In this document: positions 60,901-64,000 of the stretch, one piece after another
Layout: each line of letters starts with the position of its first letter
How positions within the stretch are numbered: the stretch's first letter is position 1
Source: Perkinsus chesapeaki ATCC PRA-425
Taxonomy: Eukaryota > Protista > Perkinsozoa
Direction of reading: 5' to 3'
Assembly: GCA_013115145.1 (NCBI GenBank)
Contig: JAAPAO010000079.1
Location: 1 to 64,000, forward strand
Length of the DNA stretch: 64,000 nucleotides
Notes under the pieces: model-generated
What the model saw: the letters and a program-made list of their open reading frames with translations, nothing else
The model's database searches: none
Told to the model about the DNA's origin: nothing
Program-made: the position numbers and the translations under genes

Positions 60901-62678
60901 CTTGTACAATAAACCAAGAGTAAGTTGCGTAATAATGATTATTACACAACTTATTACTTTACGATTGCTGATACTTATTCACGAGGGTATTATTAAATTC
61001 GTAAAAAAGTATAAGTTAAACCCCTTGGCACTTCCCTTCCTTTACATTCTCTTATGATCCCTTGCTGGAGGTAACATCACATAACCATCACCATTAGTAA
61101 GAACAAACACCGACACCTCAGGCCCTTCCAATAGCTCCTCAACCACCAATGGACCGCCATAGAGACCTAACAGACATGAAAAGATGGCAAGCCACAAGAG
61201 GAAAAGTTCATACCGAATAGTTCTCTAACAGCCTCTTTCCCCTCCCCTGCACTACCGGCCACAACCACTCCCTTTCCAGCGGCAAGCCCGGAAGCTTTAA
61301 CAACAACACCGTTATCTGAAATATATACGAATGATCATGATCAGACCGATCATCGTTGACAAGTATAATAGGCTTCCCGCAGATAATCTATAAATGATTT
61401 TCTCTTTCGAAAGTGATACAAAATTAAATTTTGCAGATTTTCCTACTGAAAAAAGTTGGGTATTTTATTAAAATACCGTCGCCAGGATCCAGGAGAGGAT
61501 CACCGAAAATACATCTTCCGCCAATTTAATTACCAAAACAGAATTGCTGAATGTTTCATATCTGTCCACCGAAAGACCCAGGTTCAAATCCCACCAGTGC
61601 ATATTTTATCAACTGCTCTTTCTCCTTCCTCTATTGTCGATGCCGTAATGAACTTGGCTGTCGGAATGCCATGTCTCTCCATGAAGCTCTTAGACCATGA
61701 TTTACTCGCCTCAATCTCAGCTGCTGCGGCAGTAGGACCGAATACCGGTATCTGAGTCCATCACTCAACAAATCGATCACGTGATCGATTATGGTATTCC
61801 CACATAAGTCGGTACATACGAAATGTGATTCGCAAGTTGTTTCCACAGAGCTTGTTTCCTATGTAGCTGCTCAAGACCCCTTAATGATTCAGCACACAGT
61901 GGTTCTATTATTTCTGATATGTTTGTATCGCATCACTTGCCTTTCCCCCAATTACCTTATATCCCTGTAATACATCTACTATCCCATCCGCTAGAGGCTG
62001 CTCTGGTCCAACTACCACCAAACTAATATGCTTCTTTTTACAATACCCAACAATCGACTCTTTACTGACATTAACCGCCGATATCTGAATATAATGACTT
62101 CCATCCACTTCCGTGCCTTATCGAAAACCTCACTAGAAGACACATTCCTAATAAAATGAGTAAACACCTTTCTCCCAGGCGGGCATATTATTTCTGCCAA
62201 AAAATGCGGTAAGAGTCGATAAATTAGAATCAATTCAATCAAACATGACAGGTCACCAATCGAAATAAAAATAAATATCGACTCAATCACATCATCTACA
62301 GCGACTCCTCTCCCACAAAGCAAAAATTATCGGGAGTATTTTTACTGATCTTTCAGACAGATTAAAAGAAGCTTCCTGAATCAGATCAGAAGCTCAGGAA
62401 ATCAGATAAGAATCAGAAACCCGAGATGAAACCCGAAATGAACGGTCAATCTCCCAGAGAGATTAAAAGGAGCTTTCTGAATCAGATCAGGTGAGAGTCA
62501 GAAACTTTCTGAAAGATTCTTTCAAGCCAACTCCCCCTCCTTTACCCATCATTACATTTATTAATTTCTCGTGCTCTCCCGCATTTCCCGGAGCAACATA
62601 AACTCTACCCACTCGATGACTAGCGGCCATCGCTTTAGCCAATGCGTGTTCTCTACCGCCAGATCCTATTACTAATAC
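54953..62678 (-). CDS. Bifunctional GAR synthetase - AIR synthetase (PurD-PurM, ADE5,7-like); start codon exon not located
   Basis: [14 protein letters not shown]; [14 protein letters not shown]; [13 protein letters not shown]; [12 protein letters not shown]; [10 protein letters not shown]; then [12 protein letters not shown]; [10 protein letters not shown]; [11 protein letters not shown]; AAHITGGGL; TFNVGIGM. Confidence 0.94.
61569..61601 (+). pseudogene. B-box element straddling a GARS donor site (antisense)
   Basis: ccgaaagacccagGTTCAAATCCcac|cagtgcA-taTTTT; the last ~7 nt are exonic. Confidence 0.7.
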
Positions 62679-62982
62679 CTGAACACATCAATCACAAACA
62701 TAGACAACAGCAAACTCAAGTATTCAACATAACAACCCTGTAGCCGTGCCAAACGCTTGAACACGTTATTTTTATTTACTCGAAGAGCGAAATGTCGAAA
62801 ATAAATGGAATTAAAAGTCTACTCGGAATGATCCTACTAAAAATCAACGTCAATAATCTACATAGGAGATCTACTTCCTAATTAGAAATATAAATTTAAG
62901 GTTAATACAGCATTAGTAAACGACAATCTCTCAACAAGAGACTTATTAAAATATTTCCCTATTTAAAGCCTCTTTATTACGT

Positions 62983-64000
62983 TCAACCCTCCCTTCGGTG
63001 ACAGGCCATAACATCTCTCATTCCCTCTGCCTTCCATCCATAATGTAAAGGCTCTTTTACACACAACAGTGCCACCAGGAGTCGGATAATCGCCAGTGAA
63101 ATACCTAAAGATATTTTCGAGGTCAACTTGGGAACACGCTCAATCCAAGCGATTATACACGGGTAAAAACAAACGAAACACGGCGGCGACTGTCTGGACA
63201 TCTACGACACTTTCTAGAACAAAATAATGAATCTCATAACGATCAAAGTACGATCAAAAACTACAGCGATCTCCATTAAGAAACGAGAACGATTTTTACG
63301 ACCAAAAACCCGACATTGCCCCCTGGCAGCCCCTGCGCAGAATTACCAATCGCCCAGATGATCCGGAATGGCGGTGTGAAGATTGTTAACAGTTTGATAT
63401 ACAACCTGAAAACACTTCACTGTATTGATGTTGATAATATTTCTACCTTAATTGTGGCTTTACAGCCGTCAGGTTTAATAATCTCCGCAATTTTATTCTC
63501 CAACTCCTCCTGAGTAAAACCTTCATAGATCCTTTTTACCTGGAAATGATACAATAAAAATATACAGTAAAAACTATAACGTGAATTTTCTAGTACAAGG
63601 GCGGCTAAATAAATGTAATTTATTATATCAGTGAAAGGGATATGTCTTCTCAGCTGAATCAGGGGAACGAAAAAGCCTTGTCACGTTAATAACAAAACAT
63701 TGCGACATCGCTAACAGCATTGTCGAGCATGCCGAGTTGCCAGCATATGTCTCTTCGTACTGAACTTCGGCGATTATTGTTTCTTCCCCACCCGCGGAGA
63801 GCGGGCTGCGGTAGAGCATACCTCAAAGGAGTTAGCTTTTGGGCTCAGGTACCACTACGTCAATACCAAACTTGAACTCCACGGGCTATGATTCAATTGC
63901 TTTGAATTCCTTTGCTCTTATCGGAGTTGCTGACCTTCTAGGGAATACTTCTGATGGTCACGCCTCCTTGTAGTATCTCCTCACTCAGTTTGCCGATTAC
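62983..64000 (-). CDS. Partial unassigned multi-exon gene running off the window end
   Basis: Protein-like exons (TIIAEVQYEETYAGNSACSTMLL...; RIYEGFTQEELENKIAE) with splice signals; no family recognised. Confidence 0.35.

Overview
Gene-dense eukaryotic DNA with many ~45-55 nt GT-AG introns. The gene content (plant-type CDPK, membrane-anchored PDE) suggests an alveolate protist, probably Perkinsus-like; this is inference. Recognisable genes in order: PEX7, PRP18, an ankyrin-repeat/multi-TM gene, a long TM + phosphodiesterase gene with degenerate catalytic residues, makorin, a LOTUS/OST-HTH protein, a Cys-rich/EF-hand CDPK, a cathepsin-L-like protease, a PP2C, two tandem GST-zeta genes and a GARS-AIRS (PurD-PurM) fusion. 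There are two intact tRNA genes (Pro-CGG inside a 106-nt PRP18 intron; Ser-AGA) and a decayed MULE transposase in a palindrome-rich 4 kb gene-free block. The main signal is non-coding. About 19 tRNA-3'-half-like elements (B-box, then usually 21 nt from G53 to an A/G discriminator, then a T-run) sit mostly in short introns, often supplying or abutting the splice site, with stems eroded but promoter motif and spacing kept. Introns also carry recurrent motifs: ATCGATC-N4-GATCGAT, TCACGCGCCACGAAAT, GCGGAGCGAAGC and GAAAATTTTC tracts. One intron holds a complete type III hammerhead ribozyme. Exon-intron structures were read by eye, so gene ends are approximate.
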